The notes under the pieces are model-generated. The model saw nothing but the letters and a program-made list of their open reading frames with translations. It was not told where the DNA came from and did no database searches. Shown one piece after another: positions 31,303-47,262 of a stretch of DNA of 64,000 bases (position 1 is the first letter of the stretch; each line of letters starts with the position of its first letter). Source of the stretch: a plasmid. The stretch lies in sequence record NZ_CP106961.1; one strand, written 5' to 3'. Made by a program: the position numbers and the translations under genes.

Positions 31303-33708
31303 ATGAGCGAATGCGCTTCAAAGGGGTGTGGCTGCACGACTGAGCCGATCATCCAACCCACGGCACCGGCCCCGCTGGCAACCGGATCGGCTCAAGCGGT
31401 GTACCGCATCGAGAACATGGATTGCCCGACCGAAGAGGCGCTGATCCGAAGCAAACTGGCCGGTCTGGCGGGGGTGGCGGGTCTTGAATTCAACCTGATG
31501 CAACGTACCTTGGCCGTGCGACACGAATTGCCTTCGTTGTCTCCCGTCGAGCAGGCGCTGAAGGCCATCGGCATGCAAGCTGTGCGCATGGATCAGGCGT
31601 CGGCCGAGCAGACGACCAAGCTGTCCATTGCCAAGATGGATTGCCCGACCGAAGAGACGTTGATCCGCAACAAGCTCGGCACCGTGGCCGGTGTTGCTGA
31701 TCTCGATTTCAACCTGATGCAGCGCACGCTGTCGGTACGCCATGCGAACCAGGTTCTGCCAGACGTGCTCGTGGCACTGCAAGCGCTTGGATTCGAGGCG
31801 CAGGTCGTGGACACGGCAGAGGTCGCATCTCCATCCGCCGCCCCTGTGACCACGCCGACCAACTGGTGGCCGCTGGGCATCTCCTTGGTCACTGCATCGG
31901 CGGCCGAGGCGGTCTACTGGCTCCACAACGGCAATCACTGGTCGGTTGTCGTTCTGGCGCTTGTCGCGGTCTTCACGGGTGGCCTCTCCACCTACAAGAA
32001 GGGGTGGATTGCGCTCAAGAACCGTAATCTCAACATGAACGCCCTCATGTCGATTGCGGTCACGGGTGCCATGTTGATCGGCCACTGGCCCGAAGCGGCA
32101 ATGGTGATGGTACTGTTCGCGCTGGCCGAGGTAATCGAAGCCAAATCGCTGGATCGCGCTCGTAACGCTATCCGTGGCCTGCTCGACCTGACCCCGGAAC
32201 AGGCCACGGTACAGCAGGCTGACGGCACATGGCGCGAGGTGGGCGCCAAGCAAATCACCATCGGCGCCCGCGTCCGGGTCAAACCAGGTGAGCGCATCGC
32301 CCTTGATGGTGAGGTGCTGGAAGGCCGCTCTGCCGTCAACCAAGCCCCGATCACGGGTGAAAGCCTCCCGGTCGAAAAATCCCCCGGTGATTCGGTGTTC
32401 GCTGGCACGATCAACGAATCCGGCTCGTTCGAGTACCGCGTCACCGCCTTGGCCAACAACTCCACTTTGGCCCGGATCATTCACGCGGTAGAGGCTGCGC
32501 AAGGTAGTCGTGCGCCGACTCAGCGTTTTGTCGATCAGTTCGCCCGCTGGTACACCCCCGTTGTATTCGGCGTTGCCATCGCCGTCGCGTTGTTGCCGCC
32601 GCTGTTCATGGGTGCGGCATGGCTCGACTGGATCTACCGTGCATTGGTTCTGCTGGTGGTCGCCTGCCCGTGCGCACTGGTGATCTCTACACCGGTCAGC
32701 ATCGTCAGCGGCCTGGCCGCCGCCGCCCGCCACGGCATTCTCATCAAAGGTGGCGTCTATCTGGAAGAAGGCCGCAAGCTGCGCTGGCTGGCTCTGGACA
32801 AGACCGGCACGATCACGCACGGCAAGCCCGCACAGACCGACTTTGTCACATGGGGCAATGCACTCGCCTCGGACAGCCGCAGCATCGCTGCCAGTCTGGC
32901 GGCCCGCTCGGACCATCCTGTATCCAAGGCGGTGGCACAGGCCGCGCAGACGGACGGGGTTGCCTTGCTCGACGTGGCCGAATTCAACGCGCTGCCCGGT
33001 CGGGGTGTGCAAGGCCAAATCAACGGTGCGACCTACCATCTGGGCAACCACCGGATGCTCGAAGAGCTGGGGCAGTGCACACCAGAGCTGGAGCAGCGCA
33101 TCGCTGCGCTGGAAACCGCTGGCAAGACCGTCGTGATGTTGGTAGGCGCAAAGGCGGTACATGCCTTATTCGCCGTAGCGGACACCATCAAGGACAGCAG
33201 CAGGACCGCCATCGCCGAGCTGCACGCACTGGGCATCAACACCATGATGCTGACCGGCGACAACCCCCATACGGCACAGGCCATTGCCGCACAAGCCGGA
33301 ATCGACCGTGCGCAAGGCAACCTACTCCCAGATGACAAATTGCGCGAAGTGGAGCAACTGGCCCGAAGCGGCAAGGTTGGCATGGTCGGTGATGGCATCA
33401 ACGATGCCCCGGCCTTGGCGCGTGCGGACATCGGCTTTGCAATGGGAGCGGCTGGCACAGATACCGCAATCGAGACCGCCGACGTGGCCCTGATGGACGA
33501 CAACCTGCGCAAGATTCCGACCTTCGTGCGCCTGTCGCGTGCGACGGCGCAGGTGCTGATGCAAAACATTGTGCTGGCCCTTGGCATCAAGGCAGTATTT
33601 CTGGTGCTGACCTTCACGGGTCAAGCGACCATGTGGATGGCGGTGTTTGCTGATATGGGGGCCAGCTTGCTCGTCGTTGGCAATGGCTTGAGGCTGTTGC
33701 GCAAATGA
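31303..33708 (+). CDS. cadA: Cd/Zn/Pb-translocating P1B-type ATPase (CadA/ZntA-like) with two N-terminal HMA domains
   Basis: 801-aa ORF with two CPTEE-type metal-binding domains, the CPC motif (VVACPCALVISTP), DKTGT and GDGINDAP. Confidence 0.85.
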   Translation: MSECASKGCGCTTEPIIQPTAPAPLATGSAQAVYRIENMDCPTEEALIRSKLAGLAGVAGLEFNLMQRTLAVRHELPSLSPVEQALKAIGMQAVRMDQASAEQTTKLSIAKMDCPTEETLIRNKLGTVAGVADLDFNLMQRTLSVRHANQVLPDVLVALQALGFEAQVVDTAEVASPSAAPVTTPTNWWPLGISLVTASAAEAVYWLHNGNHWSVVVLALVAVFTGGLSTYKKGWIALKNRNLNMNALMSIAVTGAMLIGHWPEAAMVMVLFALAEVIEAKSLDRARNAIRGLLDLTPEQATVQQADGTWREVGAKQITIGARVRVKPGERIALDGEVLEGRSAVNQAPITGESLPVEKSPGDSVFAGTINESGSFEYRVTALANNSTLARIIHAVEAAQGSRAPTQRFVDQFARWYTPVVFGVAIAVALLPPLFMGAAWLDWIYRALVLLVVACPCALVISTPVSIVSGLAAAARHGILIKGGVYLEEGRKLRWLALDKTGTITHGKPAQTDFVTWGNALASDSRSIAASLAARSDHPVSKAVAQAAQTDGVALLDVAEFNALPGRGVQGQINGATYHLGNHRMLEELGQCTPELEQRIAALETAGKTVVMLVGAKAVHALFAVADTIKDSSRTAIAELHALGINTMMLTGDNPHTAQAIAAQAGIDRAQGNLLPDDKLREVEQLARSGKVGMVGDGINDAPALARADIGFAMGAAGTDTAIETADVALMDDNLRKIPTFVRLSRATAQVLMQNIVLALGIKAVFLVLTFTGQATMWMAVFADMGASLLVVGNGLRLLRK

Positions 33709-33909
33709 GCTGGAAATTCTTTCTCTACGACTGGGGTGGTCTGAACATCGCGTTGTTCCAAGCCATCAACATGAGCACACCTGCAGCGCTGGAACCGCTG
33801 GCATCGTTCTTCAACCTTGTGATAGGCAACTACTGGACTGCACCACTGATGCTCTTGGCGATGTGGGGATGGTCAAAGTCGGCACCTGACCCAACGCGGG
33901 CCGATGCCA
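33705..33909 (+). pseudogene. 5' fragment of a membrane-protein gene truncated by IS26
   Basis: The ORF MSWKFFLYDWGGLNIALFQAIN… runs into the IS26 IR at 33910. Confidence 0.5.
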
Positions 33910-34842
<933 letters not shown>

Positions 34843-34862
34843 TGAGGAAAAGGAGGTGTTCA

Positions 34863-35228
34863 ATGAGCGCCTACACAGTGTCCCGGCTGGCCCTTGATGC
34901 CGGGGTGAGCGTGCATATCGTGCGCGACTACCTGCTGCGCGGATTGCTACGGCCGGTCGCGTACACCACGGGCGGCTACGGCTTGTTCGATGACACCGCG
35001 TTGCAACGGCTGCGCTTTGTACGGGCTGCCTTCGAAGCGGGTATCGGCCTGGACGCACTGGCGCGGCTGTGCCGGGCGCTGGATGCTGCGGACGGTGACG
35101 GTGCGTCTGCGCAGCTTGCCGTGTTGCGGCAACTCGTCGAGCGTCGGCGCGAGGCCCTGGCCAGCCTCGAAATGCAACTGGCCGCCATGCCAACCGAACC
35201 GGCACAGCACGCGGAGAGTCTGCCATGA
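34863..35228 (+). CDS. merD: MerD
   Basis: 121-aa ORF with [29 protein letters not shown]… matching MerD of Tn21/Tn501. Confidence 0.85.
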
Positions 35229-35461
35229 ACAGCCCAGAGCACTTGCCGTCTGAGACGCACAAACCGATCACCGGCTACTTGTGGGGCGCGCTGGCCGTGC
35301 TCACCTGTCCCTGCCATTTGCCGATTCTCGCCATTGTGCTAGCCGGCACGACGGCCGGCGCGTTCATCGGGGAGCACTGGGGTATTGCAGCCCTCACGCT
35401 GACCGGCTTGTTTGTCCTGTCTGTGACGCGGCTGCTGCGGGCCTTCAAGGGAAGATCATGA
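35225..35461 (+). CDS. merE: MerE
   Basis: 78-aa ORF ([35 protein letters not shown]). Confidence 0.85.
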
Positions 35462-35526
35462 CCGCTTCCCAGCCAGCCGAGAGTGGGCAGCTTTGAGCTT
35501 CGCTACCAATCTGGAGGAGTACCACC

Positions 35527-35739
35527 ATGAACGCAAACGCCCCGAACACTGCCAGTTGCACCACCTGCTGCGTATGCTGCAAAGAAATTCCGCTCGATGC
35601 CGCCTTCACCCCGGAAGGCGCGGAATACGTCGAACATTTCTGCGGGCTGGATTGCTATGAACGCTTCCAGGCACGCGCCAAGGCCGCGACAGAATCTGAC
35701 ATTGCGCCTGTCCCTGGCGGTTCGCAGCCGTCAGATTGA
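35527..35739 (+). CDS. urf2-like small ORF of the Tn21 family (Cys-rich)
   Basis: 70-aa ORF in the position of Tn21 urf2. Confidence 0.55.
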   Translation: MNANAPNTASCTTCCVCCKEIPLDAAFTPEGAEYVEHFCGLDCYERFQARAKAATESDIAPVPGGSQPSD

Positions 35740-35744
35740 GGCAT

Positions 35745-35865
35745 ACCCTAACCTGATGTCAGATGCTTGGCGCAAAGCACGTCAGAATAGAGTTGTAGTT
35801 TGTATTTATTGACACAAGCCGCCAAGGGTAATGGATTTCATCCTGACACTTTTACCTTTGGAGGC
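35745..35865 (+). promoter_or_regulatory. res resolution site region upstream of tnpR
   Basis: Assigned by position, as in Tn21/Tn501. The sequence is AT-rich with tgtc…gaca-type motifs. Confidence 0.5.
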
Positions 35866-35868
35866 ACC

Positions 35869-36426
35869 TTGCAAGGTCAACGCATTGGCTATATCCGCGT
35901 CAGCAGCTTCGACCAGAACCCTGATCGGCAACTGGAGCAAATCGAAGTCGGTAAGGTATTCACCGATAAGGCTTCCGGCAAGGACACGCAACGTCCCGAA
36001 CTTGAAAGGCTGCTGGCCTTTGTGCGCGAGGGCGACACCGTGGTGGTGCACAGCATGGACAGGTTGGCACGCAATCTCGATGACCTGCGCCGCATCGTTC
36101 AGGGGCTGACACAACGGGGCGTGCGGATGGAGTTTGTCAAAGAAGGGCTGGCGTTCACCGGCGATGACTCACCGATGGCCAATTTGATGCTGTCGGTCAT
36201 GGGGGCTTTTGCGGAGTTCGAGCGCGCACTGATCCGCGAACGCCAGCGCGAGGGAATCGTGCTGGCCAAGCAGCGCGGTGCCTACCGGGGACGAAAGAAA
36301 TCGCTGAACAGCGAACAAATTGCCAAGTTGAAACAGCGAGTCGCGGCAGGCGATCAAAAAACCTTGGTGGCCCGTGACTTCGGCATCAGTCGCGAAACCT
36401 TGTACCAGTACCTGCGGGAAGACTGA
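35869..36426 (+). CDS. tnpR: Tn21-family serine resolvase TnpR (TTG start)
   Basis: QGQRIGYIRVSSFDQNPDRQ… is nearly identical to Tn21/Tn501 TnpR. A GGAGG RBS precedes the TTG start. Confidence 0.85.
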   Translation: MQGQRIGYIRVSSFDQNPDRQLEQIEVGKVFTDKASGKDTQRPELERLLAFVREGDTVVVHSMDRLARNLDDLRRIVQGLTQRGVRMEFVKEGLAFTGDDSPMANLMLSVMGAFAEFERALIRERQREGIVLAKQRGAYRGRKKSLNSEQIAKLKQRVAAGDQKTLVARDFGISRETLYQYLRED

Positions 36427-36428
36427 TC

Positions 36429-37393
36429 ATGCCGCGCCGCTCAATCCTGTCCGCCACCGAGCGCGAAAGCCTGCTGGCACTACCAGATGCCAAAGACGAA
36501 CTGATACGGCACTACACGTTCAACGAAACCGACCTATCGGTGATCCGCCAGCGTCGCGGCGCTGCGAATCGATTGGGCTTCGCCGTGCAGCTTTGCTACT
36601 TGCGATTCCCTGGCATCTTCTTGGGCATCGATGAGCCTCCGTTTCCGCCCCTGTTGCGCATGGTGGCCGCACAACTCAAGGTGCCGGTGGAAAGTTGGAA
36701 CGATTACGGCCAGCGCGAGCAGACGCGGCGGGAGCACTTGGTCGAGCTGCAAACGGTGTTCGGGTTCAAGCCCTTCACCATGAGTCACTACCGGCAGCCG
36801 TGCATACATTGACCGAGCTGGCCTTGCAGACCGATAAAGGGATTGTGCTGGCCAGCACCCTTGTCGAAAACCTGCGGCGGCAGAGCATCATCCTGCCCGC
36901 CATGAATGCCATCGAGCGCGCGAGCGCCGAGGCCATCACCCGTGCCAACCGGCGTATTTACGCGGCGTTGACCGATTCTTTGTTATCGCTCCACCGTCAG
37001 CGCCTGGACGAACTTCTCAAGCGCAAGGACGGCAGCAAATTGACGTGGCTGGCATGGCTGCGCCAGTCGCCCGTCAAGCCGAACTCTCGGCATATGCTTG
37101 AACACATCGAGCGCCTCAAGGCTTGGCAGGCGCTTGACCTTCCCGCAGGCATCGAGCGACAAGTTCACCAGAACCGCCTGCTCAAGATCGCCCGTGAGGG
37201 TGGGCAGATGACGCCTGCCGATCTGGCAAAGTTCGAGATGCAACGACGCTATGCCACTCTGGTTTCGCTGGCCATTGAAGGTATGGCCACCGTCACCGAC
37301 GAAATCATCGACCTGCACGACCGCATCATTGGCAAACTATTCAACGCCGCCAAGAACAAGCATCAGCAGCAGTTTCAGGCTTCCGGCAAAGCC
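36429..37393 (+). pseudogene. tnpA: tnpA 5' part (Tn21-family transposase, aa 1 to about 328), with a frameshift near 36800
   Basis: MPRRSILSATERESLLALPDAKDELIRHYTF… continues in a second frame (…[17 protein letters not shown]…[10 protein letters not shown]), then homology breaks off. Confidence 0.8.
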
Positions 37394-38699
37394 CGCTGTG
37401 TCGGTGTAGTGCTCCTCGATCCGCAAGTCCGACTCGTGGTACAGCAGGCCATCGAGCACATAGGTTGAATCACGCACGCCGACGTTGACTACCTTGGTGC
37501 TGAAGGGCGCGTACTGGTCGGAGATATGGGTATAAAACGTCCGGCCTGGACTGCTTCCATACTTCGGGTTGATATGCCCGGTGCTCTCCGCTTTGCTGCC
37601 GGTTCTGAAATTTTGGCCATCCGACGATGACGTGGTGCCATCGCCCCAGTTTCCGGCAAAGGATTGCCGGAACTGCGCGTTGACCAGTTCGGCCAGCGCC
37701 GTTGAGTACGTTTCATCCCGGATGTGCCAGGCTTGCAGCCACGACAGCTTGGCGTAAGTCGTGCCTGGGCAGGACTCGGCCATCTTGGTTAGCCCGAGAT
37801 TGATGCCATCAGCCAGGATCGTCGTCAGCAGCAAGGTTTTGTCCTTGGCCGTGTCGCCGGTCTTCAGATGCGTGAAATGCCGGGTGAAGCCTGTCCACTC
37901 ATCAACTTCCATCAGCAGTTCGGTAATCTTGACGTGTGGCAGCAGCATCGCCGACTGGTCGATTAGGGCTTGTGCGGTCTCCGGCACCGCCGCGTCCAGC
38001 GGCGTGATCTTCAGGCCGGACTCGGTAATGATGGCATCCGGCAGATCATTGGCCGCCGCCATGCGGTTGACGGTGGCAAGCTGCTGTTCCAGCAATGCCA
38101 GTCGGTCGTGCAAATACTGATCGCAATCGGTGGCCACTGCCAGCGACAATTCGTTGGCCAGCTTCAGAGTAGCGAACTTCTCGGCCGGCACCAGGTACTC
38201 ATCAAAGTCCTTGAACTGGCGCGAACCCTGCACCCAGACATCGCCTGATCGCAGCGCGTTCTTTAGCTCTGACAGGGCGCACAGCTCGTAGTAGCGCCGG
38301 TCAATGCCATCGTCCGTGAGCACCAGTTTCGCCCAGCGTGGCTTGATGAATGCGGTCGGCGCGTCGGCGGGCACCTTGCGGGCGTTGTCGCTGTTCATGC
38401 CGCGAAGCACCTCGATGGCATCGAGTACGCCCTTGGCGGCTGGTGCCGCCCGTAACTTAAGTACGTCCAGGAACTGCGGCGCGTAGCGGCGCAACGTGGC
38501 GTAGCTTTCACCGATGCGATGCAGAAAGTCGAAGCTCTCCGGCTGCGCGAGCTTTTGCGCCTCCGTGACGCTGGCGGCGAAGGTATCCCACGGCATTACG
38601 GCCTCGATGGCGGCGAACGGATCGCCGCCGCTCTGTTTGGCTTCCAGCAAGGCTTGGCCGATGCGGCCATACATCCGCACCTTGTCATTGATCGCCTTA
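37394..38699 (-). pseudogene. tnpA: tnpA internal segment (about aa 329-775) in inverted orientation
   Basis: The minus-strand ORF reads [18 protein letters not shown]…HYTDTAGF, which is the contiguous middle of Tn21 TnpA. Confidence 0.8.
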
Positions 38700-39397
38700 C
38701 CGATCATGTCTTCGGCCTGATGCACCTACTGGGCTTCCGATTCGCGCCACGTATCCGAGACCTGGGCGACACCAAGCTATTCATCCCAAAGGGCGATGCC
38801 GCCTATGACGCGCTCAAGCCGATGATTAGCAGCGACCGGCTGAACATCAAGCAGATACGCGCCCATTGGGATGAAATCTTGCGGTTCGCCACTTCGATCA
38901 AGCAGGGTACGGTGACGGCCTCGCTGATGTTGCGCAAGCTCGGCAGCTATCCGCGTCAGAACGGACTGGCCGTTGCACTGCGCGAGCTGGGGCGCATTGA
39001 GCGCACGTTGTTCATACTGGATTGGCTGCAAAGCGTGGAGCTGCGCCGCCGCGTGCAGGCCGGACTCAACAAAGGCGAGGCGCGCAACGCGCTGGCCAGG
39101 GCGGTGTTCTTCAACCGACTGGGCGAAATCCGCGACCGCAGTTTTGAGCAACAACGCTACCGGGCCAGCGGCCTCAATCTGGTAACGGCGGCCATCGTGC
39201 TTTGGAACACGGCCTATCTGGAACGGGCAACCAATGCTTTGAACGGGCACGGCAAACCGGTAGACGAGACGCTGTTTCAATACCTGTCACCGCTGGGGTG
39301 GGAACACATCAATCTGACCGGCGATTACCTCTGGCGCAGCAGCACCAAGGTCGGCGCAGGCAAGTTCAGACCGTTGCGACCACTGCCACCGGCTTAA
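38700..39397 (+). pseudogene. tnpA: tnpA 3' part (aa about 776-988), ending just inside the right IR
   Basis: [43 protein letters not shown]… through …RPLRPLPPA* is the TnpA C-terminus. Confidence 0.8.
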
Positions 39398-39430
39398 CGT
39401 GCTTTATTTTCCGTTTTCTGAGACGATCCC

Positions 39431-39692
39431 TTATGAGCCTGCTGTCACCCTTTGACGTGGTGATATGGATGACGGATGGCTGGCCGCTGTATGAATCCCG
39501 CCTGAAGGGAAAGCTGCACGTAATCAGCAAGCGATATACGCAGCGAATTGAGCGGCATAACCTGAATCTGAGGCAGCACCTGGCACGGCTGGGACGGAAG
39601 TCGCTGTCGCTCTCAAAATCGGTGGAGCTGCATGACAAAGTCATCGGGCATTATCTGAACATAAAACACTATCAATAAGTTGGAGTCATTAC
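39431..39692 (+). mobile_element. IS1 3' fragment (C-terminal insB plus the right IR ggtaatgactccaactt), truncated at the transposon IR
   Basis: …[57 protein letters not shown]…KHYQ* matches InsB. The IS1 IRR sequence is at 39667-39692. Confidence 0.85.
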
Positions 39693-39693
39693 C

Positions 39694-39836
39694 CTTTTTT
39701 CAACTTCTGATGGAAGCGAGTGATTGAACTCATACATTAATGTTTTCCCACGAAGTCTTTTTTCAGGTAAGCCTTCGCACATATCGGTAAATAGCTTGCC
39801 TGCTTTTATTTTTTCTGTCATCGACATGTTCATTTT
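39694..39836 (-). pseudogene. lacA: lacA 5' fragment (galactoside O-acetyltransferase N-terminus) truncated by IS1
   Basis: The minus-strand translation MNMSMTEKIKAGKLFTDMCEGLPEKRLRGKTLMYEFNHS… matches the LacA N-terminus. Confidence 0.6.
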
Positions 39837-39898
39837 TAACATTCCGTCCTGATAAGTTGGTCGGATAAGGCGCTCGCGCCGTATCCGACATTAATTTC

Positions 39899-41197
<1,299 letters not shown>

Positions 41198-41203
41198 TTA
41201 TTA

Positions 41204-44399
<3,196 letters not shown>

Positions 44400-45482
44400 T
44401 CACTGCCCGCTTTCAAGTCGGGAAACTTGTCGTGCCAGCTGCATTAAGGAATCTGCCAACGTGCGGGGAGAGGTGGTTTGCGTATTGGGCGGTAGGGTGG
44501 TTTTTCTTTTCACCAGTGAGACGGGCAACAGCTGATTGCTCTTCACCGCCTGGCCCTGAGAGAGTTTCAGCAAGCGGTCCACGCTAGTTTTCCCCAGCAG
44601 GCGAAAATCCTGTTTGATGGTGGTTAACGGCGGGATATAACACGAGCTGTCTTCGGTATCGTCGTATCCCACTACCGAGATATCCGCACCAACGCGCAGC
44701 CCGGACTCGGTAATAGCGCGCATTGCGCCCAGCGCCATCTGATCGTTGGCAACCAGCATCGCAGTGGGAACGATGCCCTCATTCAGCATTTGCATAGTTT
44801 GTTGAAAACCGGACATGGCACTCCAGTCGCCTTCCCGTTCCGCTATCGGATGAATTTGATTGCGTGTGAGATATTTATGCCAGTCCGCCAGACGCAGACG
44901 CGCCGAGACAGAACTTAATGGACCGGCTAACAACGCGATTTGCTGGTGACCCAATGCGATCAGATGCTCCACACCCAGTCGCGTACCGTCTTCATGGGAA
45001 AAAATAATACTGTTGATGGGAGTCTGGTCAGAGACATCAAGAAATAGGGCCGGAACATTAGCGCAGGCAGCTTCCACAGCAATGGCATCCTCGTCATCCA
45101 GCGGATAGTTAATGATCAGACCACTGACGCGTTGCGCGAGAAGGTTATGTACCGCCGCTTTACAGGCTTCGACGCTGCTTCGTTCTACCATCGACACCAC
45201 CACGCTGGCACCCAGTTGATCGGCGCGAGATTTAATCGCCGCGACAATTTGCGACGGCGCGTGCAGGGCCAGACTGGAGGTAGCAACGCCAATCAGCAAC
45301 GACTGTTTGCCCGCCAGTTGTTGTGCCACGCGGTTGGGAATGTAGTTCAGCTGCGCCATCGCCGCTTCCACCTTTTCCCGCGTTTTCGCAGAGACGTGGC
45401 TGGCCTGGTTCATCACGCGGGAAACGGTCTGATAAGAGACACCGGCATACTCTGCGACATCGTATAGCGTTACTGGTTTCAC
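44400..45482 (-). CDS. lacI: Lac repressor LacI (GTG start)
   Basis: VKPVTLYDVAEYAGVSYQTVSRV… through …RLESGQ*, 360 aa. Confidence 0.9.
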   Translation of the reverse strand: MKPVTLYDVAEYAGVSYQTVSRVMNQASHVSAKTREKVEAAMAQLNYIPNRVAQQLAGKQSLLIGVATSSLALHAPSQIVAAIKSRADQLGASVVVSMVERSSVEACKAAVHNLLAQRVSGLIINYPLDDEDAIAVEAACANVPALFLDVSDQTPINSIIFSHEDGTRLGVEHLIALGHQQIALLAGPLSSVSARLRLADWHKYLTRNQIHPIAEREGDWSAMSGFQQTMQMLNEGIVPTAMLVANDQMALGAMRAITESGLRVGADISVVGYDDTEDSSCYIPPLTTIKQDFRLLGKTSVDRLLKLSQGQAVKSNQLLPVSLVKRKTTLPPNTQTTSPRTLADSLMQLARQVSRLESGQ

Positions 45483-46175
45483 ATTTACCACCCTGAATTG
45501 ACTCTCTTCGGGTGCTATCATGCCATACCACGAAATGTTTTGCGCCATTCGGAGGGGGCACGCCGAAGTGAGATTCAAAATGCCGACGTCAGTTTACAGG
45601 TGGGTAATGATACCAACGTGTTGATTTCGTATTTTCACTGACACCAGGATCATCCTGATGTTACAAGGATTGAATGACCACTACAAAAGCACTTCGCCGG
45701 GCTCATGAGGACATGGAAAATAAAAATGTGAACGGGAAAATTGTTTTTTCAGGGTTCTGATGAACAGGCCTGTCAGAGTAAAAAAAGATTCGGGTTCAGC
45801 ACAATGCTGAATTCTGTCTGGCTATAGAGTAAGAATCGTACCGGAATTGAGCATTTACCCTCAGTACCTGCGGATGAAAAAGCAGTCTGCCCTGACATAC
45901 TGAACAATCCCTTCTCATAAGATGCCTCTCTTTTGCTGTTTAAAGAGCTGAGCAGTCCGGGCGGAGACTGACCTCGTTCCGCTTTCCAAGCGACCCCCTT
46001 GTTGAAAGTGCGACAAAAGAGATAGGGCGAATGACTATACTTCGCTCATAGCTGCCCGTCATGCCAGCTCAAAAAATAGGCTTAACGTAGGATATTTTCC
46101 GTTTTCCAAGCGGCCCCCTTTTACCCCCTGCACAGTGCAAACACGACCAAAGGGTTTATTGAAGGAGTTGGGATC

Positions 46176-46721
46176 GTGGCCGTTGCCCGGACGGAGGCCG
46201 AGGCCATTCGCCTAATCCTGCCCCGTCCGGAAAACCATCCCGCCGCAAAAAGAAGTCAAGAGGAGAGCCGTGGAAAGCGATCGCCACCTTCCTGGCGGCT
46301 GGCCAACCGCCAGGAAGCGCACAACCTGATGACAGAATATGACATGGACCGCCGCGGGCGTGAAAAAAGTCTGTGGGAGGAAGCACTGGAAGTTATCAAA
46401 ACCACAACCATGGCAGAACTTACCTTACGCTATATCACGCTCAACAAACCTGAGACTGATGAAACAGCCGCACCGGAAGCGATGATACCTACAGATGCAA
46501 TTCTGCGTAATATTAGCCTTCCGGAGATAGCGGCCAGGACATCGCTCAAACAACAATTATTCGAACCCAGCAGGGCTCCGCCTCAGTTAAGTGGCCGAAT
46601 CTTTCTCGTTGATAAAAAAAGGCCGCTTGCGCGGCCTTTTTTCTTTAATTATCTTATGCCTGCTTCTGCCTTGCCTTCGGTGTTATTCGGTCTGCCTGTT
46701 CTGGCGACCCGGGAAGTGTAA
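46176..46721 (+). CDS. Hypothetical Arg/Pro/Glu-rich protein (GTG start, good RBS). The reading frame runs through an intrinsic terminator at 46614-46646, so its true 3' end is uncertain.
   Basis: ORF plus GAAGGAG RBS. No family was recognised. Confidence 0.35.
   Translation: MAVARTEAEAIRLILPRPENHPAAKRSQEESRGKRSPPSWRLANRQEAHNLMTEYDMDRRGREKSLWEEALEVIKTTTMAELTLRYITLNKPETDETAAPEAMIPTDAILRNISLPEIAARTSLKQQLFEPSRAPPQLSGRIFLVDKKRPLARPFFFNYLMPASALPSVLFGLPVLATREV
46614..46646. terminator. Strong bidirectional rho-independent terminator (aaaaaaaggccgcttgcgcggccttttttc)
   Basis: GC stem flanked by A-run and T-run, read directly. Confidence 0.7.
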
Positions 46722-46746
46722 TGATATCCTGCTCATCTGCGTATAA

Positions 46747-47262
46747 ATGGCGGATTTAACAATAAGAATGGCTAAAGCTCTCAATGGATTACCAACCTTT
46801 AAAGATTTGGACCTGAAAGACCTCAGGAACCTTGAAGCTGAAGAACGTCGTGATCAACCAGAAGAGATCGTCGCAGGGAGTACAGCTGAAGAAGCCCTGG
46901 CGTTCCTGGAAGCACATATGGGTTTCAGCTCGCCAGAAATGTCTGCAGTTATTAAGGCAACGCATATAGGAAACATGTGTATTGTACGCGATAAGCTTGC
47001 CCACATTGTGGAGAAGCGCGTAGACGCACGTGAACGTTACGTAAAGCTGGCACTCGACACACTTGAGCATCCCTACGAGATATGGGAAACAATGTATGAC
47101 GATGAAATGGTGCGTTATATCTTTATCGGCACATACAAGCAGAGGCAGCAAATGCTGGTAGTTGTTGCACCCTGGGATGGAAAGGTTCTCTGGAACTTTA
47201 TGCACACAGAAGCAAAGGGGCTGAACAAACACCGCAGAGGGAAGTTGCTGTATTGCAGATAA
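46747..47262 (+). CDS. Hypothetical 171-aa protein
   Basis: ORF with its own promoter region after the terminator. It has an acidic N-terminal half and a C-terminal half with alternating hydrophobic/charged residues. No family was recognised. Confidence 0.4.
   Translation: MADLTIRMAKALNGLPTFKDLDLKDLRNLEAEERRDQPEEIVAGSTAEEALAFLEAHMGFSSPEMSAVIKATHIGNMCIVRDKLAHIVEKRVDARERYVKLALDTLEHPYEIWETMYDDEMVRYIFIGTYKQRQQMLVVVAPWDGKVLWNFMHTEAKGLNKHRRGKLLYCR

Noticed and set aside
31318-33624. Very long antisense and overlapping ORFs inside cadA (614 aa, 238 aa, 194 aa and others)
   Set aside because: They lie in a ~65% GC region where stop codons are rare in all frames. They have no RBS and are fully overlapped by a well-supported P-type ATPase gene, so they are an artefact of base composition.
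39202-39678. 158-aa ORF from the supplied track that spans the Tn21 right IR into IS1
   Set aside because: It is a chimeric read-through. Only the 39431-39678 part is real coding sequence (the insB C-terminus), and that part is itself a fragment.
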